A DNA stretch of 63,818 bases, filler included, from Reticulomyxa filosa (GCA_000512085.1; 11 parts of 11 records of this genome joined end to end with filler, not necessarily neighbours in it); one strand, 5' to 3'; positions 27,401-41,900 are shown, counted from the whole stretch's first letter. Program-made: numbers and translations. Notes: generated by a model not told the origin, from the sequence alone.

Positions 27401-27560
27401 ATGTATGTTAGTTTGTGTGATGATGCCACTTTTACCATCACTGGCAAGGTCAAATCTGTCTCTATTGATTCATGTGTGAAATGTAATGTCATCATCAATG
27501 AATTCATTTCACTGTCGAAATGGTTAATTCCAAATCTGTCATTTTATGGTGCAAGACAAG
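27401..27560 (+). pseudogene. Fragment of adenylyl-cyclase-associated protein (CAP) C-terminal beta-helix
   Basis: YVSLCDDATFTITGKVKSVSIDSCVKCNVIINEFIS matches the CAP_C pattern (IxGKVxSIxxDxC); isolated and frameshifted. Confidence 0.5.
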
Positions 27561-27619
27561 GTAGTATCTTTGTTGAAGTGATTTCTAATTATATATTTAT
27601 ATAATTATGTGTTGTTTAA

Positions 27620-28820
27620 ATGCACACTGATAGACACCATCAATTGCAGTTGATAAGAGTACACCTGCACGCATTGGTTTGACCAAAACACATGCAGCAG
27701 ATGCAAGCATCGACTCTCCAATATCACTGTTTCATTTTTCATGTGTCTAAACAGTTGCGGATTGTCATAGCGATAGGACGGATTGGTCGTCAGCTGTTTC
27801 AAGTACTTTTGGCACTGTCTTGGCCTTCGTGTCGATGACCAACACTCGCATGAACCTTCCTAAGTCAAGCGCGGGGTTGGACAAGCTTTGCAAAGTCTTC
27901 AAAGTTACATGTCTCGCCAACGGCCCTATCCTCCGCATCATCTCTCTGTCCGCCATGTCGTGTATCGGTCCAATCATACCTAAGTTGCGCCTATGTCGTC
28001 ATTGCTATTGCCCTTCTCCAACCTGTTCACCACCGCGTCGGCTATCGTCAGCTCCACGAGCATATGCTGACGACGCCCAACATTTGCACAGTCGAGAAGC
28101 CCAGCAAGTTCTAGATCAGACTAGTGTCCAAATATGATATGTTCAGAAGACCCACTCTTTGCACATGATGGACGCCTATAGCATTCAATTCGACAGTTAT
28201 ACATCATGTATTGTTTAGTATCTCAATACGATATTATCGCAGTACTCACTATATACATTTTTTAAAATTAACTTATCTTTTTTTTACAAGTATGCGCTGC
28301 AATGGGACGAATGCTATACTGATGCAATGTTTACAAAGGAGGCTGCGCTCAACCACTTGATACAGTACGATGAAACCGCACAGTGTTGACATATACTGTC
28401 GATATCGGCGCTGGCACAACTAACGTTATTTATGTTAATATTTAATTTTTTTCTTTGCTTTGTTTTTGAATTTCTTCTTCTTCTTCGGTCCCAACAAACT
28501 GTTAATTGTTTCTTTTTATATTCTATGGAATAGTATATTGATATTGCGCCGTGTCGATGTGGATGATGTTTTTGTCTTATCTTGGCTCTGTGTTAGACCT
28601 GATTAAACTGGGCGTCAGAAAAGTTGATAGAGTCACAAAAGCAATAGATGAAACTAATGGCAAAATTAAAGAGATGTTGCATCGGCCCGTTATTGGAGAT
28701 GATAAAGGTGGCATTGCAATTCTGACGTTGCTCAAATGTCCTATGCACAAAAGTTCCAACAACTGAAAAAAATGCATCAAATTACACAATATTTGGTCGC
28801 TGACATTGAAGACTACTAGA
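27620..28820 (+). pseudogene. Unidentified decayed coding fragments; one STE20-kinase-like piece near 28570
   Basis: GC-richer blocks with interrupted frames; LGSVLDLIK resembles a STE20 kinase subdomain V/alphaD segment. Confidence 0.25.
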
Positions 28821-31167
28821 GTTAATTTTTTTTAATTATAGTTGCACTAATAATAATAAATTCATTCATTCATTCATTTATTCGTTTTTTCATTTGATAT
28901 GACAATTGCCACATCAGATAAAAGCCAAATCAAAGAAGGAAAAAAGAAATACTAGGACGACAAGAAAAAAAAAAGCAAAGGGGAAATTTTTGTCACAATA
29001 TGTACTACATCAACACAAGTGACTGTTAAGGGCACTAAACAACTGATAATGAATAAACATCGAAAGAAGTATCTACAAGCAGTACGATCAGTTGTAGCTG
29101 CAGTCGCAGTAATAGTCTTAGTGTTAATTAGCATCATAGCGACAGTAGTGAAAGCACTTACTGTGATCGTCATAGTCATAGTCAGTTGATAGTTGTATAT
29201 TATACATATTTGCAAATAGATATGCATTTTGATTTCACTTTGATAAATCATTGTTATTTGATGATAGTGCAAAATGATGTAAGCAAAATAAAAGAAATAT
29301 TACATGTCTGACAGTTGTCTATCTTATTTTTCCGATCAATTAAAACCTTTTTCTGCATTTTGGGAATATTAGAAAAATGAATTGTTTGATTAACTGAAGC
29401 GCATTTCAATCTGATGAAATATAAACTTTTGTATTACACGCATAGTATGTCTTTCAAATTTCACAAATCCTCTTACTGATTTTACATCAAATAATAGAAT
29501 AGAGTTTTAGTCTGAATGTAAAGCAACTATGTATTTTACACAAAAAAATACTAAGTATCGAATTCATTAAAAAATATCAGCACAAACAATTTGAAAACAA
29601 AATTTCTCTTTCCTTTTGTAAATTGCTCTAATTTTTTAACCGCTTCGCGAATGCGCAACCTATTATAAAACATATCCTTGAGAGGAACGGAAAAAAACTG
29701 AGGTGCCATCAATTTGTTAACCCCTAGTTATACCAATTCCAATAAAGAAGGCTTTTTCTTCTACACAAAAGAAACAACTAACTTGGTACGATTTACAACT
29801 ATTAGACTGACATGAACCAACATCTTGCTCTTGTTTATAAAAGCAAAATATGAAAACAACATTTTTTTTTCATGAGATCATCAAAAAAATCGACCCGTTT
29901 TTGAACGTCACGCTATTTCTAACTTTAAATATCAAGTGAATGACAACAAGTTAAATTTTAAAAAAAATTTAAATGACATCCCTTTTTTTCATGTGATATT
30001 ATCTTTATTATTTTATGAATGTTGAAAAGTCGACAGCCATTTATTTAATCAATTAGATTTAGTCAACTCAAAATTGTATTGCACAATATTTCGCTTTCAA
30101 AATCAGCATATCTTAAATTTGTTTTTTCTCATATAACAAAATAATTTACCAAAGCGTGACCATTAGGTAATCATTGATATATCATTATGTTCTGAATCTA
30201 GTATAAATCTTTGTAGATAATTTCAAATATATTCAACATTAAAACAAATTAATAGTGTCATGGCATTAAGAAAAAAAGCTTGAAACATGGAATCTTAGTA
30301 TTAATAAACAGTTTCTATACGTAGTCATCCTTGAAATGATTTACTATTATGACTTCTAAACGATAACAATAATAGACATTGCTGTAGAAACATTTAGAAA
30401 ATATGTCGCATTACAGGATGCGTGATAATATTATAGAAAAAGACCAAATTATATGTAATTATTATGACGATTCTGGATTATTTACAATTTAGTCAAATTT
30501 ACGAAGTCTAAAAGTTACAAATTTTCCTTTTTGAGCAAAACAATGTAAAGTATTATCAAAGAAAAGTACAAGATTCNNNNNNNNNNNNNNNNNNNNNNNN
30601 NNNNNNNNNNNNNNNNNNNNTTAATTAATTAANNNNNNNNNNNNNNNNNNNNNNNNNNNNNNNNNNNNNNNNNNNNTGTTAGCAGTGCTTAAGTAATGAC
30701 GATTATGAAAAAAATATTAAAATACTTTTTGTTTTTTTGCAATTGAAAAAATCAATTATTATATAAAGTGACTCTTTATGTGTTAACTTTTTTTATTTCT
30801 ACTTTGCAAAGTAATCTGATATATTATCAATACTTTAATATATTTAAATATCTAGTGCTAGACTTATGAACAAACAAAATTAATGCAAGTGTGATTTATT
30901 ATTGTTTTAACATATTGTTTTTTGTGTATCGAATGAGTTTTTTTTAATAAATATTTTAGTGATATATATCACAGCATATAGATTTTACTGTTGGACACCA
31001 AAAACATGTGCAAATTCAGATAATACAGAACAAATTTTAGCTCTTTTCAGTTGTAATTTTCATGGGACTTGGTATTGCAATGAAGACATTGTATTACGGA
31101 CACTTTTTTTGGGATGGTATCTAGTTATTGAGATGCATCTGCAGCTTATCATTTATTAGTTCTGATA

Positions 31168-31720
31168 TTATTTTATATTCATCACAATCGTCCTATTCAA
31201 TAAAAGAAAAAAAATTAATAGATTTTTTAATTTGTTTTTGGCAAATTTTATATGATCTTTTGAATATTTTTTAATATTATAGCCTTCATAATCTTTAAAT
31301 ATTAATGAATCGCATACAAATACCTTATATTGGCAATGTATTAATTTTATTGTGCAATCGGTTTCCAAGTGTCCTTTTATGTCTTTGACATCTACAATAA
31401 AATAACATTCTAATTTGCTGTTATCCTTTTTATTAATCGATAACTGATAATTACCCCAGCACATTGCGAGTAATCTATAAATTCTTTTTTGAATGAATTT
31501 AACATTAGTGTACCTAAATTCATGTTGTCACATTGGATATTTTCTATTATTATTTGTAAATACGTTTGGAGACAATTTTCACCAACTGTGAACACTTCAT
31601 CTTGCTTATGCTCACTACAATCGATTTGTAACTGGACGTTTGCAATCTCTTTGCAAAGTAGACAAACAAAATCTTGAACTAGTTTTATTCATTTAACTAT
31701 TTTTTACTCAGTCATCCTTC
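31168..31720 (-). pseudogene. RING/TRAF-zinc-finger family pseudogene
   Basis: DFVCLLCKEIAN..IDCSEHK..TVGENCLQTYL and DIKGHLETDC..IHCQYKVFVC; frameshifted. Confidence 0.65.
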
Positions 31721-33759
31721 GCATATTGTGACAGGCCTTTCTCGCTATTCTTCATTTGATGCCTTGATTGTATTATTTTTCCAATTTCCTTTAAAAAAAA
31801 CGTTTCACAAACAAAAGTACAAATCGATACGAATTGTAAACGATATGCAAATAATTTTAAAAAAAGAATTTTGATCAACTGGGCTGTAGCATTTGCAATA
31901 CTTTCTAAATTTTATATTTTCGAGTAACAGAATGTTACTTTGTAAAATTTTTACAGTATTCGGCATTGCAATCATTTATACGTTGTATAATGGCTCTTAA
32001 GACAAAGCTCATGAAGAATATTGAATGGGGTAAATTAGAGAAATAAAGGACTCATGATTATAAGCTTACTTGCAAATCTTTTTATAAAAGATTATTCTAA
32101 ACGATGAACATATTTTTGATTATTTTTGGCGTTTCTTAAATTTGAGCAACAAAATATTAACTTTTTCCATTTATGTTTCTTTTTGCAATTAATAAGCCTC
32201 TAACTACAGTAGATTGTACCTTATGAAGATAATGCCTTTAAATAAAGGTTTACTATGCTTACGTATTTGTAAGACATTGGTCCTTTTGATTTATTTTCAG
32301 CAAAGTTTACCAATAATACTACTTTCAAAAACTAACTCGTTATTTTTTTTAATGATTTTTATAATATTCACGCATGTAAGAGAGTAATATTATGCTGTGA
32401 TTAATAATTGTTCAATGTGTACAACTGGTAACAATGCTTGATCAGAAACAATTAATTTCAGACTGTGAAATAGAATAAAAATACGCTTTCTGCTGATTAT
32501 CAATTAAAATATAATTGTAAAAGTGCGCCTTAAAAATTCAAAAATAAGTGGAAAAAAAAAATAAAACAAATGAGACAGCAGATTAAAAAGAAGACAGGTC
32601 TACGATCTCACAAATAAGAGTTATTGAAATCATTCTTTCGCAAAAACATATCGATAAAAGATTATTAACGTTGAAAAGAATTCACTTCATTTTTTGTGCA
32701 TTAATCTGTACAATTTTAATGAACATAAAAAAGATTACATTGAATTTTATAAGTAAAATCATATAATAATTAAACTAATTAGCTCTCTTTGAAGTTAGAT
32801 TTTTTTCAGAGAGCCAGAGAGTGTAATTGTTAAAAATGATTACAATCCGAAATGTTTACAACAGTTATAATACAATTGAGGATAATTGAAAATAAAATTA
32901 TATTTGCAACGAGTATCACAGGAAATCTTCTTGGGTATCAAAAAAATGCATATTATTTGCATTGAAAAGTAATCTGTGAGAATAAAAGTGCTTTTCAAAG
33001 TGAATATTCCATTCATACTTTATATTTATTAATCAACAATTCAAATTTTCTTCAATTTTAATACCAATTTGATTGACTGTTTTCCTGCAATTAGATTATT
33101 TAGATTAATTTTAATTCTATTTATTGCACGACAAAATTATTTAAATATCCTCAAAGAAACGCAATGAAATGATCATTGATAAAAAAATATGTTACACTTA
33201 TTTTCAGCATTGTTGAACAAAACCGAAAGAAGGTTCATTTATGATATTACAATTAATTTTTACAAATGAAACAACTTTACAATCAATAGCAAAAAAAATT
33301 ATTTAATCCTTGAAAAAAAACCAACAAATTGAAAAAAAAGAAAGCTTGTAAATTGCTTCCCACTCNNNNNNNNNNNNNNNNNNNNNNNNNNNNNNNNNNN
33401 NNNNNNNNNTTAATTAATTAANNNNNNNNNNNNNNNNNNNNNNNNNNNNNNNNNNNNNNNNNNNNCGGGAAAGCAAAAGTGATATAGCTCGGCCACATGC
33501 ACAGAAGTTGCTCTGAACGAAAGGAAAGTAAGAAAGGAAGCATCCTAACAAAAAAAAAAAAAAACAATACAACATTTCTTTTACAAAAAAGAAATTAGAC
33601 AAGACATGGCAGATATACTCGAAGATGCAGAATTTATTAATGCTTTTGATAGCTTCGTGAGTGGTTTTCCAGACACGTTTTATTGCCGAGGCAAAGCGAG
33701 TTAAAGAAAGTCTCAAGAAATAAACGTTAGAGTAAAAGAATAGACTAATGAAAATATAG

Positions 33760-35276
33760 ATTACCAGCTGTGAAATTAGTCTCGGAGAGGCTTTTCAAAA
33801 AAATTGGCATTCCCCATAAAAGACAAAGTTCTATCCATGATCATAGATAAAAGCACAGAGAGTCCTTACGTGCATGGAACAGAAACTAAGACGGACAAAA
33901 AGGTGCGCAAGTGAATCGAGCTGAGCAGTGAACAGTTTGTTCTGAAAAATTTTTGGTATTCCTCAGTCATAAACCCTATCTTAGAAAAAATCAGACTTGA
34001 ATTAGCTATGCATATTGAATACATTACAGCAGTGCCTTATAAGTTTTTAGTATATGAAGCAGGTTAGGTGCTTTATATTTTTTTTTTAATAATTGTTATT
34101 TAAAAAAATTGTGTCTGATATGAAGGAGGTTTTTTTAAGCCTAATATGGACACAAAGTGTCAAAAGGGACATTTTTTGACATTGTTGCTATCATTACCAA
34201 CCGAAGAAAGATTGGAAGGTGGTAGTTTGTTATTATCGTTTGAAGGTAAAAATGTTGAGTGGAATCCATCACAAGAAGAAAAAAATGACATAGCACCGCA
34301 AATGGATTGGATGGCGTTTTACACTGACATTCATCACGAAATTAGACCTGTCATCAAAGGACGACTCGTTATGATTGCTTTAAATTTGATTGTTCCGGAA
34401 GATTGTCAAGATAACTTTAAATACTTTAAGGTTCCGTCAAAAATTGAAACGTCGTCGATGTCTTTGAACGACAAACGAGTTTTGATGATTTTTTTTTTTT
34501 TTTACTTTAGTTCAATTCAGTGAGTGTTGTCAATTTGTTTACATTTTATAAAGGTGGATGAAACATTAGTACAATGCGTACATGTGCTATTTAACCTAGA
34601 TCTCCATCAAGATATTGTAAATTTGATCATTAAAATGGCAAATGACTATCGAGTCATTGAAGAAATTAAAAGACTGCTATCCGACAATGTGTATAATTAT
34701 TACAGCTGTCTAGAAAGCACAGCAGTGTGCATATTGTTCTCTCATTCCTACATTGGACACAAGACGGAAGAATGTGAATTTAATCGCGCAAATTTAAAAG
34801 GAAGTGATGTCGCCATTTACACAATACTGAGCCAATTGTTCCATTCTTTTGTAACTTGTTGCAAAATTAACGCAGTGATTGATGAATTTGAGTCTGATCA
34901 AGGTAATGACGATCTTAAAGGCACTTTTTGTTTGGTTGTTTTTTTATTAGCTAAAGTTGTTTCCTTGTATTTATGTCAATGGATTGATGTATGTTTGGAT
35001 TGACTAGACGAGACCGAAACAGATACACGTTACAACAGGAATATTATTTTGGGACACAGTTTGCTATAAACATTTCTTTTTTTCTAATGTATACTTAAAC
35101 TTTGTATTTTACCTCTCCTCCATATAAATAATATTGCATTAGAAAATTGTTTTACAATTCCAAATTGGCTTAATAATAATGACATGTACATTGATGACAA
35201 CTGTCGAATCTATGCAGCATATGTAAACAAAGATCAAACGTTATGTGATTCCAAACGTATTAGCGAAGCGGAAATA
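33760..35276 (+). pseudogene. 2OG-Fe(II) oxygenase-like gene with in-frame TGA and HxD->NxD change
   Basis: SPYVHGTETKTDKKVRK*IEL, PYKFLVYEA/GGFFKPNMDT, LEGGSL, WMAFYTDIHHEIRPVIKGRL. Confidence 0.65.
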
Positions 35277-35388
35277 NNNNNNNNNNNNNNNNNNNNNNNN
35301 NNNNNNNNNNNNNNNNNNNNTTAATTAATTAANNNNNNNNNNNNNNNNNNNNNNNNNNNNNNNNNNNNNNNNNNNNAATAAAAAAATA

Positions 35389-35480
35389 TTGACACTTCCA
35401 ACTGCAATCTCTTTCAAAATACTACTTTTTAAGAAAAGTTAATATTAATGATGAAGGTGGTAAATATTAATTTTTTTTTT
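35389..35480 (-). repeat. Second repeated module, copy 2
   Basis: Near-identical to 795-890. Confidence 0.75.
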
Positions 35481-35766
35481 CATTGTATTCGCAATGCTAA
35501 TTTAATCTCTTTATCGATTTCCAATCCACATCTGAATCAATTTCGGGTTAATTGGTTGCAAGAAGAATATTGATTGCTTAAACATTGATTTAATATCCGA
35601 TTTCATCAACATCAGATTTCTTATTCTGCAACATTTATTCGTTTTATTGCATACTTGAGCTATGTAATACAACTTGAAATGCTGAATATTGATTCTTTGC
35701 TTTCTTCGCAATGTCATCCATTAATCCACTATCTATTTGTCTTGTGCCATTTGTGTCGACGTCCAT

Positions 35767-36250
35767 TGCTTGCAGTAGAGCCAACTAAGATAAAAACACC
35801 TTGAATCAGCCTTCGGATTGCCTTCACAAGCATTGTTATCATATATTATGTTTCGGTTTTACCTGATGTTCAGTAGAAGTTACCCGATCATCGGAGTTCT
35901 GCCAATCACAAAAACTATTTATTTGCATCTAGATTGCCAATTTCTCAAATGCTTCGAACATTCTTAAGGTAAGCAATGTTCTACCTTCTCCCACAAGTCG
36001 ATCGTTTCCAATAAAAGTGTTACTATCCCAGTTACCATGAGTTTGCACGTCGGTGCTCTTAAAGCAACTTAGTACAAGATACTCGTGAAGTTTTAAAAAC
36101 ACTTCCATTTATCACAGTCCACACTACACAATTGCTGAACCGATGATGACAAACACAAATACGTTGCCAAAAACAGTAACAAAAGGGAAGAAGTCACATT
36201 CCAATCACAATATTACAAAATCCAACTACTATAAAATCTTTATATCATTT
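35767..36250 (-). repeat. Repeated structured leader, copy 2, followed by a decayed ORF (ATG at 35766)
   Basis: Homologous to 157-655; downstream reads MDVDTNGTRQIDSGLMDDIAKKAKNQYSAFQVVLHSSSMQ*. Confidence 0.8.
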
Positions 36251-37799
36251 TTAAAAAATTTTCAATTAGTTTCGAGTTGTTGACCTTGTGGACAAATGCT
36301 ATAATTGCTTTCAGTCTATTTTGTAAACTTTTAACAACGTTTTCCAAATGTTGTGTTGCTTTTTTTGCTCTTTTCCAATAAAAATATCAACAAAATTCAA
36401 ATGAAAATTCTATCCAATCTATTCAGTTCCAAATAATTCCACAAATAATAGTTCTTTCTCCAATCGAAAACATTCCTGAACGATACAAATTTGTACTTGG
36501 ACTATACTTATATTCGCTAGAAGTTGATCTTTTGAATAAAACATTATCTACAACGATATCATTACAGAAATTCCAAAATAATCATTAATCCAATATCACT
36601 GTAACATTATCTTCGTCAAGTGATCAATGTTTATTGACAACCCATCACTGGCAATTTATACAGTAAGTCAGGAAATACCGAATATTTAAAATGCCAAAAT
36701 TTTTATTTGTTCTTTAATATCTGTTTAGTTTGATCTATCCTCAAGGTCGCTAACATGTGAAAATTGTCAGCGTAATTAAACAAAAAAATATCCTTAAATA
36801 TGAACGTACAAAACTAAATATTTATCATTAGAAAACAGAAAAATTAAGCATGCAACACTTTTAAGATCAAAAATATTGCACCAAAAACTAAAAATGAGAC
36901 TTAAAAAAATCGAATAAATACAGAAAGTCGTGTGCCAACTGTCACTTTGACTTGCGCAAAGTGTAATACGAAAGTATTGCTCTGTAAGCGACTTGTCAGT
37001 AAAATAAAGGTTAATATAGTAAAGAGAAAGCGAGAATAAGTTTGTGGAGAAGTTTTAAGAAAAAGGTGTTCCAAGACCCAAATGAACTTTGACGTCAAAT
37101 AGTATGCCCTAAAAATTAAATTTGAATTTTTGGAAAATAGGCTGTATTCATTAACTGCTTTTATACGCCAGTTTTTTCTGAACATATTGTATCAATCCAT
37201 CATATTCACACTAATCCAAGATTATAACAATAAACTTAATTAAACCAATAATTTCACATAACCATTTATTACAGCGCTGTTTGCTGTCTTGTACAAACTC
37301 TTTACCTGTCAAAACCTAGTTCTAACAAAAGATATTCAGATTTGTATAAATGCTTGTGGCGTAGGCAGCATCACTTTTGAATGAAAAAATGATCTGTTAG
37401 TATAATCACGTAAATATGATTACTGTCAGTGTCTGTTCTGAGTACATCAAATGTTTATAAGGGCTTACGATAATTTTCGTAAACAAAGAAATGCATAGTT
37501 AGTATTGCTCCAAAAAATGCCGTAAAATAAGAGTCAAACGTCCAGTGAAAACATAAAGCTTGGCTTCCTTATTTGTTACTGTTAGGAAAAATCCAAATCG
37601 CTAGCGAATATCGCTTTGTGATTTTGCAAAAGTGATTTATTTGAGAAATCATAAAAATTGAATAAATGATAGCTATGTAAATTTTTGGAATTATGTATTA
37701 ATTCACCATTTTTTTCCCATTTTTGGAATTCAAACCTACAAATGGATAATTCACAATGATTAGTTACCATGTGCATAAACGATGCAGTTCTATTTAGTG

Positions 37800-38246
37800 T
37801 TATTTTTTTTCTTCAAATTGAATGCTTTTTACGTGCTCTAAACCATTGGACTTCAGCCAATTCTATACATGATATATGTTTGCATGTATGCAAAATTATT
37901 GAAGAAGAGAATAAAAAGAGTACATTGACACAATGTTGATAAATGTCGTATTCGCTCTCGCAAGGCAATGTCCCGTCGCTTTTATTTTTAAGAAACACTT
38001 CATTATACCATTTTTGAATACATATTTCATATTTCAATTTTTCTTGAGGACATGCGGAACAAGCCATTTTTGATGAATCATCAGTACTTCCAGATGTTGC
38101 TTGTTTTCCTTGTGAGTCTTGGAGCTGACGCTCTAAAATCCATAATTCCTCAACCAACTTACGTTCTTCGCCTTTGTTGTCCTTCATAAATCAAAATGAT
38201 CCAAAGAAATGCAAATACGAGAAAAAACAACTCTTACCTTCGACAT
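37800..38246 (-). CDS. MDM35: Mdm35/TRIAP1 twin-CX9C mitochondrial intermembrane-space protein; 3 exons
   Basis: CPQEKLKYEICIQKWYNEVFLKNK...PCESEYDIYQHCV. Confidence 0.75.
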
Positions 38247-38934
38247 GATTGAAATAGCCTATTTTGGAGCAGTGCTAATTTCTGAACTATTTCAACTTCA
38301 AAACATGAACATTTTATCTAGGGTCGTCGTTTGAAGTTTTGTAAGGCCATTAAAAGTAAGGTTAGTGACACCGTCACTGTAGTAAACGCGTGATAATTCC
38401 GAAAGCACATAAAATCAAAAATGATAAAATTTTTTTTATTAAACAATTTAATTATGCTGTGATACTTACCATTCCTGCGAGATAATACACAGAATAAAGT
38501 TTTTGACGAAGAGCTAGAAATTGCAAATAAAAAAAGATTTTTCGGAAAGACAATCCCATTGTAGAATAACAGGGAACAAATAACAATTGAAAACCAGATA
38601 ACGCCTTCAAGAATAAAATTTTGTTGCGTTATCGATTTTTCGAAAAATGAATTCATTTGAAAGTCAGAACTTGCACAGAAAATTGTTTATATCTAAAGAA
38701 AGAATTTGTCATGAAGCTGGATAAAAATTGTGCGCACAAACACTGGCTCAAACATTTAGTAACAAATTTAAAAAATAAAACAAGTTCATGAAACAAAAAG
38801 TTGGATTGAGCACTTATGCTTGAATTGCGTGTCGTGACGTATCAGCAGAAAACAGTCACACAATATCATTGAAAAGGATTCAATCAATTTTAATTTCTTT
38901 TGTGTTTGTCTTTGATTGCTTAACCAAAGGAGAA

Positions 38935-41900
38935 CTACTTTGGAGTAAAACCAGGGGTATTTCCATTTTCATGCTCGCCACTTTCGTTGGCTCCCGCTTC
39001 GGTGCTGTTACCTTGTGCAAAACGGCTTTTTGATCTCTGTAAAGCACTTTGATGCTTTTCTTGCAACGAGCTAAACTGAGCCATGATGTAGTGAAATGCA
39101 CTCTCGGACATTTGTGTGATAACTTGTTGAACGTCTGACAAAAAAGCAGATTGGCAATTCACAAAGGGATAAACAAACGAAAAAAAGAAGAACAGAAAAT
39201 GAACTGAATCCAAGACTGTGGGCTTGATAGGCAACAAATGCGATCATCGCAATCAACAAAAACATTATCAACAAAAATGGGTTTTTAAGCATTGCCCATA
39301 TTTCGTTCCAAGCGAAAAAGAGTAAAATTAGCCATTGTATTGGATGAGTTGGCCAAATTCCACCAATTTCACGTCTTCGCATACGTTCTTCAGCATTACG
39401 AAACTCGTTATCTGCGTAGCGTTGAAATCCGTCTTTGATTTCCTCTATTCTCTCGGCGTCAATCAAAGTTTCTTTGATTGGTGGCAATTTTAAGTCTTTG
39501 TTGTCCGCCAGTTCAAATGTCGTTGCGATTGCTAACAACGCCAGTGTTTTATCCCGTGCATTTGTAAATATTGATTGAATATTTGTCCCGGGGGCCCAGT
39601 CGCGTGGAATACCTTTTTACATCATCCCGTCATCCAAATGTTTGTTTGTTTATTTGTTTGTGTTAACAAAGAAACCATTTGTTTTAAAACAAAGAAATCC
39701 TTTCAAACCATTGGAGTCTTTTTTGAAGCTATCGTCAAAGGATCGCTCCAAAACTTTTTGGAATTCGTTTGCGAATTTTCGACAACGCTCAATGATGAAA
39801 TCATCAATCAACGACTTCAATTGGGTTTTTCTCGCTTCTTGAGCCGACCTTTCAAACATTAAATGTTCGAGTTTTTTAAGAATGCTTAAATCAGCCACAG
39901 AGCCGTGAAATTCGACGCGCAATATGCTTAAATCATGCCATATCTTTTCTGAAGGAGCACGGAATAATCGGACCATATGAGTCGCCAAATTTGTTTCTAG
40001 GGCTTTCTGAATAAGGGCAAACAAAAAAGTGCTGAAGCAATACAAAAAATTTATGTCGTATGTAAAATGAATACGAAACAGCAAATTCTTTTTGCAAAAA
40101 GTTGTATTGCTCCATTTGGGCTCCCTTTGTCAATTCGAGAATACGTTCCGAAGCATTTTTCCAAAAAGCCTCTTTGTCAGATAATTGCTTGTTGTCACTT
40201 TTAATTAATGAGCCTTTTGTGAAAATGGATTGATGTAATTGTTTGTATGTTTGTATGTTTGTGTGTTTGTGCGTTTTTGTAATAAAAAAAAACAAAAACG
40301 TACCGTCAATTTTTTCGGACCACAGTTTGTGGCACTCTTGTGTGACAGCATTGACAATCGACTCAAAATTGCTCGCACATTCGTGTTTGGGCAAGGCGTT
40401 GTTTAATTTCTCTTCAAATAAAGTGAACACCTTGTGATTGATGTGTTCTTGTTGTTTCATAAAGAAGTATTGAATCTTTGTTTCAAGCTTTTCGATCAAA
40501 TTTATGCGCTTTTCATTACTTACTTCTGGGTCATACTTTTGTGCGGTGTGATCAAACATCTCTAAGCATTGGTGGATAATATCATTTAATCGATCACCGA
40601 AATTTTTTACCTCTCCCTTTTCGACCTCTGCTTCGATCGATTGGCATAATTCTTGGAATTTCTCGTAGCTTTCCTGCAACAACAACAACACGGATTATAT
40701 ATATATATATGTATGTACATGTATATGTGTGTTTGTAGATGTGACCTGCAATGCGTGTTCACATCGGTAAGCAGAAAGTAATTTTTGTTGGTCGGGAATA
40801 TTCAACGATTCATCCGTCGAAATGGCATCCCAAATTTGTTTTGTCCATGTGAAAAGGCCTTCAGCAGGGACTGATTTCCTGAAATGATAAGATGTACGGA
40901 AATAGTAGTTTTCATTGTGGGAATCAGTGAACCGTCGAAACAACTCGTCGATTCGTTCGTAAAAGAGCTTCGTTTCATAAATGATATGTGGTACGAAAAA
41001 AAAATCCATATCAAACATGTCCGTCAATAATGCATTGCTATAGTTTTGTGGTTTTTCAATGTCACTCCAGATCTTATTCACTACTTCTCGGATTTGTCGT
41101 TCCAATTCCTTTTTTTTTTTTTTGTAGGTCCCCCTCCCCTTTGTGAACGACAGATGTGCAAAGCCAAACAACAAAACAGTCAACAAAACTTTGGCCGGTG
41201 TAACGCCAGGCACAGACTCATTGGAGGACTGATCTCGGATTACAAACAAAAGCAAAGTTTTTGTGTTTGGTGAAAACAATCGCAGATTGGCTTCCAATAC
41301 GCTGCGCAATGTTTCGACGTTCATGCCGGCAGCTCGTCCGACATCGTTGGTATTCATATTCACCATCAATACCTCCGACAATGTCAACGCCATCAATGAC
41401 GTCTGTCTCTCGAAATTTCCACGATTTTTTGTGCGTTGAATCGAGTCCGTTCCTTCCAAATCCATGATCATCAGACTCTTTGCTGTGAGACACAAATCGA
41501 TATACGCCGTTGTCTCAAAGTGATCAAACACAGTATTCAAAACAAGACATTGCGTTTACCTTTTTTGGATGATCCCAGCCAAATGCCCGTCGTGGTTTGG
41601 CTCTTCCCCCTTGACGAGTCCATCACCGCGAAATGACAACCAAAGCAGTGGTTCAACAGAGTCGATTTTCCAGAAGACTGTGGGCCCATGATCGAGATCA
41701 CCGAATATTGGCCAAACTCACCCTTCTTTATCTCTTTCACATCGTCTGGTCCACCAGGAGTTGTTGTCAATGTATGTCTTGCCGTATGTTTTTCTTCGTC
41801 CAAGATTGAATCTGGGTCCACCCATAGGTCACATGTTTTTAGCAGGTCGACAAATTTGTCTTCCGTTGCACTTGTTTTGTTATGTATTGGAGGCTATTTC

